Shown here piece by piece: positions 8,035 to 17,211 of a stretch of DNA of 64,000 nucleotides (position 1 is its first letter; each line of letters opens with the position of its first letter). A program made the translations under genes and the position numbers. The notes below the pieces were generated by a model that saw nothing but the letters and a program-made list of their open reading frames with translations, was not told where the DNA came from and did no database searches. Source of the DNA: Candidatus Anstonellales archaeon (GTDB taxonomy: Archaea > Micrarchaeota > Micrarchaeia > Anstonellales > J096); assembly GCA_038890745.1 (NCBI GenBank), contig JAWAFD010000002.1, positions 32,001 to 96,000 on the forward strand, given 5' to 3'.

Positions 8035-10968
8035 CTAAACCATTCTTCTTATTTTTCCTATTCCTCTGCTTTCTTCTGTAAAAAAAGATATTGTTACTTT
8101 TCTTCTAGAACCAAGCCTTATTTCTACGTCTTTTTTACCACTCCCAAGATGTATTGCAGCTGTTACTATGATTTGGTCAAGCGTTCTTATATCCTCCGGT
8201 TTCCATATATTCTTAACCGCTTCTCTTACCTCATTCAATTTTCTAAACAAGCTTCCAAAATAGAATTCCCTTATTTCAGGGATTTTCATTTTTTCTTCCG
8301 ATACCTTATTTCCTATCATTCTCTGAATCGTGTAGAGTAAGAAATTGATATCATGCGAGGGTGTTTTCAGAGAGTCTATAATCTTAAACAGCTGATCATG
8401 GTATTTATTACTTGCGTATATTAGGTAGAATTCGTTTTCAGTATATTTTGAAACAACCTCCATTATGCCACCTAGCATCAGCAGATCATCTTCTGTTCGT
8501 TGGATCTTTTTCTTCTCTTGTTCTGTTTCAATTTCTATTACTCTATTGCCTATGTATCTAACCACGTCTGCGACCTCTTTCATCAGTTCTTTATTATCAC
8601 CAACCAAGTGATCAATGGTATTGATGACAGTATGGGCGTCTTCAATAGTTTGGATTGAGCTGCAGAGCGCTTCTTCTACTATTCTCTTCATCGCTATCCT
8701 TGTTTCAGTTTCATAGTTATAGTAAGGTACGCGTATCTTTCCCCATTTTTTCAAGACATCGAGGAAGTTTATCAACATTCCTATCATAAAAATGCTTTCA
8801 GCATATTTTAGCTTTCTCTCAACCCGACCCTTTTCATTCTCATCTAAAACATACGGTACTTGAAATCTTATCACAAACTTTGAGATTAGAGCAGCAGCCG
8901 CCTCAAAAAGAATCTCTAGGTCTCGCATATAATTTTTGTACTCATCCTCTTCTATCATTCTTATAATCTGTCTCATATGGGCTATAAGGGGATAGGCTTT
9001 ATCCCTTGCTCCTTTCAGCAAGACTTTATCATGGTCTATCCCGTCGACTTCAAAAAGTTTATCTATCTGTTCATCGCTAAGCCGTTTAAAGATCGGATCT
9101 TTTTTCATTATAATGTCTTCTACTAGTATGCTAATGCCATCACTTATATCCACAACTGTTTTAACATAATCCTCCCGTTCTTTTCTGAATCTTACGATAT
9201 TCTGTCTCTTTGTTTCTAGATACAGATCGTACATTCTCTCCATCAGTTTAAACGCAGAGGTCTTTGCAACATCATTGCTGGTTTCCATACCCTCAAGATA
9301 CCTTATAGTTGTAATAATCTTTTGGGCTATCTCATCTGACTTAATTGCGAACTCATCAATTCCAGACTCATCAGTTTCGTTTTTAAGCTCTTTTTCTTTC
9401 TTAAACTTTTTTTCCAGCTTTTCCCAAACAATTTCTAACAGTGCAATCAATCCTTCGTGCTGATCCTGTTGGTTAAAAATCAATCTTCTTCCTATGTTTT
9501 CTAACAACTCTCCAAGCTCTTTGCTATCCAGATTCTCTACATCCTTCTGTAAAGATTTTTTCATTTCCTTAAATGCCCATTCTCTCTGAATGCTTATCTC
9601 CTTTGCTATAAGCTCTCTCTCTTCATCAATGTTCCCTAATTTTATTTCTTGCTCATCCACGTTCCAGAATTTTTTATGTGGATTTTTAAGGTATACAATT
9701 CCGTTTCTTATCTCCCAAAAATCTCTCCTATGCTCCTGAGTAATTATTCCTGTTTTTATGATGTGTAGGAGCTCTAGCGATTGGGTGATGGAGGCATACC
9801 GCATCTTTGTTTCATCGCTTAATCTCATTCTTTCTACCTGTTTCATCAGTCTTCTCATTACGCTCATGTCCTCAACAGCACCATTCAACCCCCTAAGAAC
9901 CTTTGTTTTATCCATTTTTTCAATTTTTTTGAGCTGTTTTTCTGCTTTTTGCTCTTCTCTTTTTTGAAGGTACGTATAAAACAAATCCTCCATTCTCTTT
10001 TTGTTTTCTTCCAATTTTTTCATCACCATTTCCTTTTTTACCTTTTCTTCTTGTTCAAGTGTATCGAATTCAGCCACACTTTTTTCACTATCCTCAGTAC
10101 CAAATATCTTGCTCAGTGTTGCAAAAGCTTCCTTTAATAGTCCTTCACCATCTTTAATACTAATACTCTCCAAAGCTAGACCGCTCTCGATTTTCCTTTT
10201 TAAAACTCCATTCTCATCGGTGAAAAAATCCGGCATGTTTGCGTAAACATCATCCCACGTACCCAACATATCTTTTTGTAGCATTTCTTCAAAAATTCTG
10301 TTGCTCTTGGTTGTTTCATATTTTATGTAATTCTCATTTGCTTTTCTAATCTGATCATCTACCTCATCATCAAATTCCTCAGGGTTATTTTGGTACTCAT
10401 TTTCTATTTTTGACTTTAAAATTTTATATACTAACTTAAGGCCAGTCCCCTGTTCCTGTTCATTGAAAAGTAATCTTTCAGATACATTTCTCAAAAGAAT
10501 TGCCAATGTGTGTATATCCATCTGCATTTTTTCATGCATCTCAAATATTTCTTTTTTTTCTTCACTACTTGATGCATTCTCATCCAAAGCCTCTATGTTT
10601 AGAGTACTAAAAATACTCACTAAGTCGAGTACGATCTTCTCTCTTAATTTGATAAGTTCCTGGATTGTGTCATAGTTTGTTACAATCCCTATTCTTTTCC
10701 ATCCTCCATCAATTTTTACGTACGCCACACCTCTTTTTATTTTTGTGTATTCAGATTCATAATCCCTCGGAGCGTTTTCTACCATGTTCGCTGTTTTAAG
10801 CATACTAAGAAGCTCCATACTCTCTATCATTTTATTCAGTTCCGTCCTTACTTCACTCGGAATATTCAATCGGTCTATTTCTTCATAAAGTTCATGTATT
10901 TTTGCTACATCTTCAACTATTCTCGCAATTCTCAAAATATTCTCATGTGGCATCTCACCATTATTCAT
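8035..10968 (-). CDS. Large hypothetical helical protein with an internal duplication
   Basis: 977-aa uninterrupted ORF. aa ~11-192 and ~357-522 align by eye. Confidence 0.75.
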   Translation of the reverse strand: MNNGEMPHENILRIARIVEDVAKIHELYEEIDRLNIPSEVRTELNKMIESMELLSMLKTANMVENAPRDYESEYTKIKRGVAYVKIDGGWKRIGIVTNYDTIQELIKLREKIVLDLVSIFSTLNIEALDENASSSEEKKEIFEMHEKMQMDIHTLAILLRNVSERLLFNEQEQGTGLKLVYKILKSKIENEYQNNPEEFDDEVDDQIRKANENYIKYETTKSNRIFEEMLQKDMLGTWDDVYANMPDFFTDENGVLKRKIESGLALESISIKDGEGLLKEAFATLSKIFGTEDSEKSVAEFDTLEQEEKVKKEMVMKKLEENKKRMEDLFYTYLQKREEQKAEKQLKKIEKMDKTKVLRGLNGAVEDMSVMRRLMKQVERMRLSDETKMRYASITQSLELLHIIKTGIITQEHRRDFWEIRNGIVYLKNPHKKFWNVDEQEIKLGNIDEERELIAKEISIQREWAFKEMKKSLQKDVENLDSKELGELLENIGRRLIFNQQDQHEGLIALLEIVWEKLEKKFKKEKELKNETDESGIDEFAIKSDEIAQKIITTIRYLEGMETSNDVAKTSAFKLMERMYDLYLETKRQNIVRFRKEREDYVKTVVDISDGISILVEDIIMKKDPIFKRLSDEQIDKLFEVDGIDHDKVLLKGARDKAYPLIAHMRQIIRMIEEDEYKNYMRDLEILFEAAAALISKFVIRFQVPYVLDENEKGRVERKLKYAESIFMIGMLINFLDVLKKWGKIRVPYYNYETETRIAMKRIVEEALCSSIQTIEDAHTVINTIDHLVGDNKELMKEVADVVRYIGNRVIEIETEQEKKKIQRTEDDLLMLGGIMEVVSKYTENEFYLIYASNKYHDQLFKIIDSLKTPSHDINFLLYTIQRMIGNKVSEEKMKIPEIREFYFGSLFRKLNEVREAVKNIWKPEDIRTLDQIIVTAAIHLGSGKKDVEIRLGSRRKVTISFFTEESRGIGKIRRMV

Positions 10969-11045
10969 AGTTGTAGTTTATAATTAAAAGTGTTTTTAAA
11001 CTTTTCTCTAAAACCTTTTATTCCTTTTCCATGAAAAAGTTGTAG

Positions 11046-12350
11046 ATGATAGAGCCTCTTACACTATACGCGTTTTTGTTCATATCCGGTGCACTTTTTG
11101 CTTCGTTCATAGGAGATCTTATATACAGAGCAACCAATATACCAAGTATACTTTGGCTCATGATTATTGGATTTATCCTAGGCCCATACATGGGAATCCT
11201 TGACCCAGTTGCAATGAGAGAAATCCAACCTATAGTTGGACCCATCGCCCTTTCCCTTGTTTTTTTCGATGCAGGTTTAGTGTTGGATATTTTCAAATTC
11301 TTTTTCCGTTCTGTAAGACCCCTTTTTTTCAGTTTTGTTGTTGTTGGATTCACAATGATTGGTGTTGCTGTTGTAGCAAACGCCATATTTGGTTGGAATT
11401 ACCTAGTTGGTGCAACGTTAGGGGCGATTTTTGGTGGAACCGGAACCGCCATAGTCATATCGCTCTCAAAAAAACTCCCAGTTATAGAAGAGGTTAATCA
11501 GTTCTTAACTGTCGAGGGTGCGATCACGGGTGTTTTGGCGGTTGTTTTAACAGCAACACTTACGGACGCTCTAATTTTTGGAACAGCAGATGTACACAGC
11601 GCAGGTATGCAGATAGCTTTCTCACTTGGCAAAGGTCTTGGGCTTGGGTTTGTTATTGGGGTTGGATGGATGATGGTTCTTTACATTTTGAGAGACCTTG
11701 AATACTCCTACATGATAACCCTAGCCGTTAATTTTCTTACTTATGCTGGGTCTGATTACATTGGTGGAAATGGACCGCTCTCAGCCCTTATTTTTGGTAT
11801 GGTTATGGGAAACAACCCGACCATTGCAAAAATGCTGAGGCTCAAACATACCCCAATGCCTATTGAGAAGCTAAAGGAATTTCAAAGCGAGATTATGTTC
11901 TTCTTAAAAGCATTCTTTTTCATCTACTTGGGAACCCTCATAAATCTTGGAGAAGACAAAACTCTTCTTATAAGCGGCATTCTTGTGCTTGTTATACTTG
12001 TGGCGAGGATATTTGCGGTGTTTGTGAGCACTGTTGCAGCAGGGCCTCTTTCATACTACCGGCTTATAATATCCCTCATGTTTACGAGAGGTCTTAAAAG
12101 TGCTGTTCTTTCTACCTTGCCACTAACAATCGTCCATAACTATATGAAAACCCAGCCGTACATCCCTCAACTCTATCCACTTGCTTATGTTTTCAGGCAG
12201 TTTCCGGACATAGTTTTTGTGGTCGTAGGGGTTTCGATTATTCTTACAACTTTTCTTGTTACCCTCTGGTCACTAACGCATAAACAAAAAAAGGAAGCGC
12301 ATCTCCCTCTTCAATCAAAAATAATCCATGAAACGGAGTTGTTTGAATGA
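11046..12350 (+). CDS. Cation:proton antiporter (CPA1/NhaP-like)
   Basis: About 12 TM helices; IPSILWLMIIGFILGP, FFDAGL, FFFIYLG, RGLKSAVL. Confidence 0.85.
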   Translation: MIEPLTLYAFLFISGALFASFIGDLIYRATNIPSILWLMIIGFILGPYMGILDPVAMREIQPIVGPIALSLVFFDAGLVLDIFKFFFRSVRPLFFSFVVVGFTMIGVAVVANAIFGWNYLVGATLGAIFGGTGTAIVISLSKKLPVIEEVNQFLTVEGAITGVLAVVLTATLTDALIFGTADVHSAGMQIAFSLGKGLGLGFVIGVGWMMVLYILRDLEYSYMITLAVNFLTYAGSDYIGGNGPLSALIFGMVMGNNPTIAKMLRLKHTPMPIEKLKEFQSEIMFFLKAFFFIYLGTLINLGEDKTLLISGILVLVILVARIFAVFVSTVAAGPLSYYRLIISLMFTRGLKSAVLSTLPLTIVHNYMKTQPYIPQLYPLAYVFRQFPDIVFVVVGVSIILTTFLVTLWSLTHKQKKEAHLPLQSKIIHETELFE

Positions 12351-12736
12351 TCATATACACAGATGGTGCTTGTTTCGGGAACCCAGGGCCGATGGGAATT
12401 GGGATAGTTTTTGTGAAAAACAACCGGGTAGTAAAAAAAATAAGCATGCTTATCGGAAAAGGAACAAACAACATAGCGGAATACACCGCTGTTCTTGTCG
12501 CGTTGCAGGAAGCAAAGAAAATTGGGGAGAGAAACATAGTCCTGCGCGCAGACAGCCAGCTTCTTATAAAACAGCTAAACGGCGAATACAAAGTGAAAGC
12601 AAAACATCTCAAGCAGCTTCATGCTGCGGTTGTTTCTCTTGCAAAGGAATTGAATGTAAGATTTGAGTGGGTGGAGAGGGAAAAGAATAAAATTGCAGAC
12701 TGGTTGAGCAAAAAAGCAATAGAAAATAAAAGTTAA
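12347..12736 (+). CDS. rnhA: Ribonuclease HI
   Basis: YTDGACFGNPG, TNNIAEY, DSQL, NKIADWLS. Confidence 0.95.
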   Translation: MIIYTDGACFGNPGPMGIGIVFVKNNRVVKKISMLIGKGTNNIAEYTAVLVALQEAKKIGERNIVLRADSQLLIKQLNGEYKVKAKHLKQLHAAVVSLAKELNVRFEWVEREKNKIADWLSKKAIENKS

Positions 12737-13368
12737 AAAACAGATGCAAACTCCCTTAAAAATTCTTTTGGGTTTTCAGCTTTCACAAATGCAGACGCGA
12801 GAAGCACCCCTTTTGCACCTAATCTAAGCGCAACCTCCACATCCTCTTTACTGCTTACCCCAGCACCTGCGAGAACAGTCCCTTCTATTTCTTTAACCGC
12901 ATTCTCTATCAGCTCAGGCCTGTACTTGCTTATGCTCCTTCCTGAACCTATTAGCTCTGGTGGCTCTATTGCTATGAATTCAGGTTTAACTTTTGCAACC
13001 TCCTTTCCTTCCTCAACCTTTTCAACGCACACAACACTTTCCAATCCATACCTTTTCATACTCTCAACAGTTTCCTTCGCCTTTTCCACCCCCACCCTTT
13101 TCTCAGAGTGGTTTATCATGCTTCCCTTTACCCCTATTTCTTTAAGAGCAAAAGGAATGACTGCTCCGGTATTCGCACCCGGCTCGAAAGGGTCAGCGTG
13201 CTGAGCAAAAACATCAGAGTAGATTTTTCTTCCGTCTTTCAGAATTACTGCTGGAAGCGCAACCGCAATCCTTACCCCGCTCTCTTTGCTAACCTCTTTT
13301 GCTGCCTTCAGATACTTTGCAGGCTCTCTTATGCTCTGCTCATAATTCTTCAAGTTTAGCAAAATCAT
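12733..13368 (-). CDS. tpiA: Triosephosphate isomerase (archaeal type)
   Basis: NLKNY, NHSEKR, IEPPELIGSG, GAGV, GVLLASA. Confidence 0.95.
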   Translation of the reverse strand: MILLNLKNYEQSIREPAKYLKAAKEVSKESGVRIAVALPAVILKDGRKIYSDVFAQHADPFEPGANTGAVIPFALKEIGVKGSMINHSEKRVGVEKAKETVESMKRYGLESVVCVEKVEEGKEVAKVKPEFIAIEPPELIGSGRSISKYRPELIENAVKEIEGTVLAGAGVSSKEDVEVALRLGAKGVLLASAFVKAENPKEFLREFASVF

Positions 13369-13448
13369 AAGCTTTTAATTAGTTGCTTACATTTAAAATA
13401 TTTATCTATCGCCGAGGTCGCATAATCCGGTAGTGCGTCGGTCTCGAA

Positions 13449-13496
13449 TAGCCCTTTTTCGCCTTTGGCGAAAAAGCATTTAATCGGAAAAGAGAA
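13449..13496 (+). other. Canonical 37/38 tRNA intron, 48 nt (shared family B)
   Basis: Relaxed BHB (CTCG/AGAG, 3 of 4 pairs). 32/36-nt core identical to the tRNA-Glu intron. Confidence 0.88.
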
Positions 13497-13527
13497 AACC
13501 GATCCCGCAAGGGATTGCAGGTTCAAA

Positions 13528-13663
13528 ACCAAACCTAGGGGGAAGTTTCCCCCTAGGTTCCAGGTCTCCTCCTTAACCCCCTCATTTTTGCTCGTATAAG
13601 ATAGGAGGGTTGGAGTTAGGGGGCTCATCTAATAAGCTGAGCTCCCCCCCTGGCTGGTGGAAA
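13528..13663 (+). other. T-loop 59/60 tRNA intron, 136 nt (shared family A)
   Basis: BHB: central helix TTCA/TGGA, bulges AAA and AAT, intron helix CCA/TGG. Near-identical to 16472-16607. Confidence 0.9.
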
Positions 13664-13759
13664 TCCTGCCCTCGGCGTTTAATATCTTATCTAAAGCACA
13701 CGCAGGGCCAAAATGATAGGGGGTGAATGGCATGCATATCCCCCGCTATTCTTGAGATA

Positions 13760-14326
13760 TTAACTTAACAAACTGAATAAACCAAACAGGATGAATAGGA
13801 TAGAGGTGATTGCGTTTATCGCTTTGCTTGGAATTCTCTCTGCAAGTTTTGTGCCTATCGAAACATATATTGCGATCACTAATGCAAGCGCTGAAATCAA
13901 TCCTAGTAGAACAAGGATGGGAGACTGGTATCTAGCAGCCAATAGACCCGAGGTTATTTGTGTCTTGTCTCCAAATTCACTAATAAAAACTGTTAGAAAT
14001 AAAGTTGCCAATGGCAGTTTGGTTGAAATCTTCTTTTTATTTCTTTTGACTCTAATGAGATATGGCTGAGCAAAAGTCCATAATCCAAAAAGAATAAACA
14101 AAACAGCAATTAATATTTTGATTAGATCAAATGGTAGATAAAAACTAAAAAGGGCACCAACCAAAATACCAAGCACATCCATCAGCACCTGAGCAGATAA
14201 CCCAATAAGAAAAATCTTGACTGGTGATTTATATTTTAATGCTAAGCCCAGGATTACCAGTTGGGATTTATCAGCGATCTCTGAGATTAATACTAATACA
14301 AAGGTAGCGATTAATGGTTCAAGCAT
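13760..14326 (-). CDS. GDT1/TMEM165 (UPF0016) Mn2+/Ca2+ transporter
   Basis: Two E-x-G/A-D-K-S/T-Q motifs (EIADKSQ, EFGDKTQ). Start at MLEPL. Confidence 0.9.
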   Translation of the reverse strand: MLEPLIATFVLVLISEIADKSQLVILGLALKYKSPVKIFLIGLSAQVLMDVLGILVGALFSFYLPFDLIKILIAVLFILFGLWTFAQPYLIRVKRNKKKISTKLPLATLFLTVFISEFGDKTQITSGLLAARYQSPILVLLGLISALALVIAIYVSIGTKLAERIPSKAINAITSILFILFGLFSLLS

Positions 14327-14434
14327 ATTTTCTAGTTTTGAGTAAGGGTTTAAAAATACCACCGCTAACTTCAGCGAAAAGCCCTAACTCTTTTGCTTGA
14401 TATAATATCCATCATATGCTCTTTTAAGTGTGTA

Positions 14435-15070
14435 TTATAAAAAATTCTTCTTTTCCTCCTCTTTCTCCCTCTTCTCCCTCTCCAACATTTTCAATTTTCT
14501 TTTTAAGAATTTCCTCATCGCTTCCCTGTTGTTTCCTGCGTATTTCGTATAGAGTGCAAGCATCACGAATATTTTGTTCGGCAAAAAACTCAGCTCCTCA
14601 ATGGTTATCTCTCCCTTTGTTTCGAGCATCGCAAGTGCCTTTTTCACAAGCTCTATCCTGCTTGTTCTTTTTCCCTTTCTCTTCTCAAAATACTTAAGCA
14701 ATCTCTCCGGGTTATCTATTTTTTTGAAAAGAAGCCACTCATAAATTTTGAACCTTTTTGCACCTATTCTGTGCAGCCGGTCTATAAGCGCCTCTATCTC
14801 ATAATTCTGCTTTATGTGGTGGAAGTGCGAGTATATTATCTGCTCTTTTTCATGCTTTCTCAATTCTAAATAGTGCTCATAATTCATTGGGATGAGAAGC
14901 TGGTGCTTCTCCATCTCCAGCTCAACTTTACTGAGTTTTCTTATCTCCTCTTCTACGGGCTGGGTGATCTGTAAGGTAAGAGGTTGCTTTTCTTCCTCTA
15001 GTATTGTCACCAACGCATCTAACCTAGAGGGCTTTAGCCCTGATGCGTTGACGGGGGAGTGACTGAACAC
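14435..15070 (-). CDS. Hypothetical protein
   Basis: 211-aa charged ORF with a TATA-like TTTAAAAA ~25 nt upstream. No motif recognised. Confidence 0.6.
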   Translation of the reverse strand: MFSHSPVNASGLKPSRLDALVTILEEEKQPLTLQITQPVEEEIRKLSKVELEMEKHQLLIPMNYEHYLELRKHEKEQIIYSHFHHIKQNYEIEALIDRLHRIGAKRFKIYEWLLFKKIDNPERLLKYFEKRKGKRTSRIELVKKALAMLETKGEITIEELSFLPNKIFVMLALYTKYAGNNREAMRKFLKRKLKMLEREKREKEEEKKNFL

Positions 15071-15108
15071 ATTAAGTATTCAATGAGAATTTTTTTAAAC
15101 CCTTCTTT

Positions 15109-16359
15109 TTAGCCCTTCTCCCTTTTACCTCTCTCAACATACCTTATCTCGTTCTTTTCAATCGGCATTATCGTATCCATGGCCGATTTTTCTATCTCCT
15201 TTATTTTCTTACTGGAGTGAAACAATAGCCGCGTATAGTCATACTGCAGCGCACCTGGCACCACCCATGTTAAGAGGGATGAGAGGAAAACAACCCCGGC
15301 GGTAAAACTTAGGATATCAATCGTGAATGCCGGTGAAAATTCTTTTGCCATGATCATCGAAAACTCTCCAGTCGATATCATCAATAATCCTATGAGCGCA
15401 GATTTTGCCCAGTTATTATTTGTTGCTATCAGCATGAGCGTTGATGAAGAAAGTTTCGCGACGCAGCTTACGAGAGTAATTATTATAATTGCAAAAGCAA
15501 AAACGGGATTCAGGAAAAATAGGATGTTTGCATTCATACCTAATGAAAGGAAGAATATTGTTATAAAAAGCGAGGTGAGGATGTTCATTTTTTCTATTGT
15601 GTTTTTCAACCCCATTTGCGTTGAGGAAAGAATGCCTGCGATGAAAGCACCAATGCTCTCAGGGACTGAGAAAACATGCGCCACAAGAATTACAACAACT
15701 GCGAGCGCTATGTAGAATAGAAAGTATGTTTCATCATTTTCAGGAAGGTGCCTTGCAACCATTCTTGAAATGCCGACTATCAAAAAAAGCGGAATAGCAA
15801 ACATCAGCATGCTTACCAACGCAGAAATCCCAACACTCCCGGTTTTTATGAACGATGTGGTAAAGAGGATAAAAAGAACAGCAAACAGATCCTCCCATAT
15901 AAGTTCTACATACATCGTTGTCGTTTCCCTTCCATAAACTATTCTAAAATCCTGCAATGCCTTGGAAAATATTGCAGTACTTGTAATCGAGAAAATCACG
16001 CCAAAGACTAATGCTTCAAATGGTGATAATGCGAACAGAAGCATTCCAACAGCGCCAACAACAGCCGCTGTAAAACCCATTTTCATAATAGAGATACCAA
16101 GTGAGTTTATCCCAACCTTTTTTATCAAATCCACCCTCATTTCCAAACCTATAAGATACATTAAAAGAATTGCGCCTATGGAAGAAAATATATCTATACT
16201 CTGTTGGTTTATGATTGAGAAACCATTTGGCCCGGCAAGCGCTGCGATTATAAGAAGGAGAGGAACGGATGGAAGCCTGAATTTTGCGGAAATAAAACTC
16301 GCTATGAATGCAAGCGTGAGCGCGATGAGAAAGCCGAGCGGGGTTACGGAAACATCCAT
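15109..16359 (-). CDS. Cation:proton antiporter (CPA2/Kef-like)
   Basis: LLMYLIGLE, SITSTAI, LIWEDL, GAFIAG, FFLSLGM, STGEFS. Confidence 0.88.
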   Translation of the reverse strand: MDVSVTPLGFLIALTLAFIASFISAKFRLPSVPLLLIIAALAGPNGFSIINQQSIDIFSSIGAILLMYLIGLEMRVDLIKKVGINSLGISIMKMGFTAAVVGAVGMLLFALSPFEALVFGVIFSITSTAIFSKALQDFRIVYGRETTTMYVELIWEDLFAVLFILFTTSFIKTGSVGISALVSMLMFAIPLFLIVGISRMVARHLPENDETYFLFYIALAVVVILVAHVFSVPESIGAFIAGILSSTQMGLKNTIEKMNILTSLFITIFFLSLGMNANILFFLNPVFAFAIIIITLVSCVAKLSSSTLMLIATNNNWAKSALIGLLMISTGEFSMIMAKEFSPAFTIDILSFTAGVVFLSSLLTWVVPGALQYDYTRLLFHSSKKIKEIEKSAMDTIMPIEKNEIRYVERGKREKG

Positions 16360-16413
16360 AAACCTAATTCTCTAGTTCAGTTTAAAAATATTCTTTTACA
16401 TTAATTCTATCAC

Positions 16414-16621
16414 GCCCCAGTAGCTCAGTGGTAGAGCGACCGCCTCGTAAGCGGTAGGTCGTGGGTTCAACACCAAACCCAGGGGGAAGTTTCTCCCTAG
16501 GTTCCAGGTCTCCTCCTTAACCCCCTCATTTTTGCTCGTATAAGATAGGGGGGTTGGAGCTAGGGGGGTCTGAGAATAAGTTAAAGTACCCCCTGGTCTG
16601 GTGAGAATCCCATCTGGGGCT
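16414..16621 (+). tRNA. tRNA-Thr(CGT) with a 59/60 intron (16472-16607)
   Basis: Acceptor GCCCCAG/CTGGGGC; D-arm GCTC-AGTGGTA-GAGC; anticodon ACCGC-CT-CGT-AA-GCGGT; T-stem GTGGG/CCCAT with loop TTCAAC^T. Confidence 0.93.
16472..16607 (+). other. T-loop 59/60 tRNA intron, 136 nt (shared family A)
   Basis: BHB: TTCA/TGAG, bulges ACA and AAT, CCA/TGG. 92/96 identity with the tRNA-Ser intron over the first 96 nt. Confidence 0.9.
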
Positions 16622-16690
16622 TATTTTTGCAAAATACCAAAACCGATAACCTTTTATTTGTTTTGTAATATAGTAATTAATGGTGGTAAA

Positions 16691-17170
16691 ATGGCAGAAG
16701 AGCTACATACGAAAAGAGCATTGAAGAAAGAGATGATGGAAAAACCCGGGCTTAGGAAGTTAGTTGAAAACAAACCTCTAGTAGTAGAGCATATAAATAA
16801 GTTTATTAAAGGAAATCTTGGGGTTCGTACACTTTTCAGAGACCTTTCGAATATCGATAAAGATGTAATACCATCTATTTTAAACATCATTCTAAGAAGA
16901 GCAAAAAACAACCTAGCTTTGAGTAATTTGTCTGATCTTCTCTTAAAACTTTATGGTGATAATATAATCGATGATAGATTTTATGAGGATATCCAAAGTA
17001 CCGTGATTTCTATGCTGAATACACATGATTTGGCTAAACTACAACCTATCCCTCCCGGCTCCGATGTGATGGACATATATCATGCATATACCTATTATGA
17101 AGTTCGTACTGGTTTTCCTCCGCAATACCCGCTAGGGGACCTTATCTTTAGAGAGCTTATGAACAAATAA
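16691..17170 (+). CDS. Hypothetical protein
   Basis: ORF from MAEELH with GGTGG upstream. The ORF-track start (16601) lies inside the tRNA and is spurious. Confidence 0.6.
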   Translation: MAEELHTKRALKKEMMEKPGLRKLVENKPLVVEHINKFIKGNLGVRTLFRDLSNIDKDVIPSILNIILRRAKNNLALSNLSDLLLKLYGDNIIDDRFYEDIQSTVISMLNTHDLAKLQPIPPGSDVMDIYHAYTYYEVRTGFPPQYPLGDLIFRELMNK

Positions 17171-17211
17171 GAATACCAAATCATTTTAAACAGTTTATTA
17201 TAATCCTTTAC

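Larger units (their letters stand above)
13411..13677 (+). tRNA. tRNA-Ser(CGA) with two introns (37/38: 13449-13496; 59/60: 13528-13663)
   Basis: Acceptor GCCGAGG/CCTCGGC with discriminator G; anticodon stem TCGGT/ACCGA with loop CT-CGA-A^A; long variable arm TCCC-GCAA-GGGA; T-stem GCAGG/CCTGC with loop TTCAAA^T. TATA-like TTTAAAATA upstream. Confidence 0.93.

Noticed and set aside
13365..13628. 87-aa minus-strand ORF over tRNA-Ser, and the 16601 start over tRNA-Thr
   Set aside because: Both overlap well-formed tRNA genes and show no protein motif.
13528..13663. 136-nt tRNA insert as a group I intron, HDV-like ribozyme or C/D guide RNA
   Set aside because: The ends fit a BHB motif exactly and there is no terminal G. 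It is short for a group I core, no HDV nested pseudoknot could be built by eye, and there is no RUGAUGA C box. An Infernal search is still needed.
14327..14434. yybP-ykoY Mn riboswitch upstream of the GDT1 gene
   Set aside because: The consensus elements are not seen, and a TATA box ~25 nt from the ATG implies a leaderless transcript.
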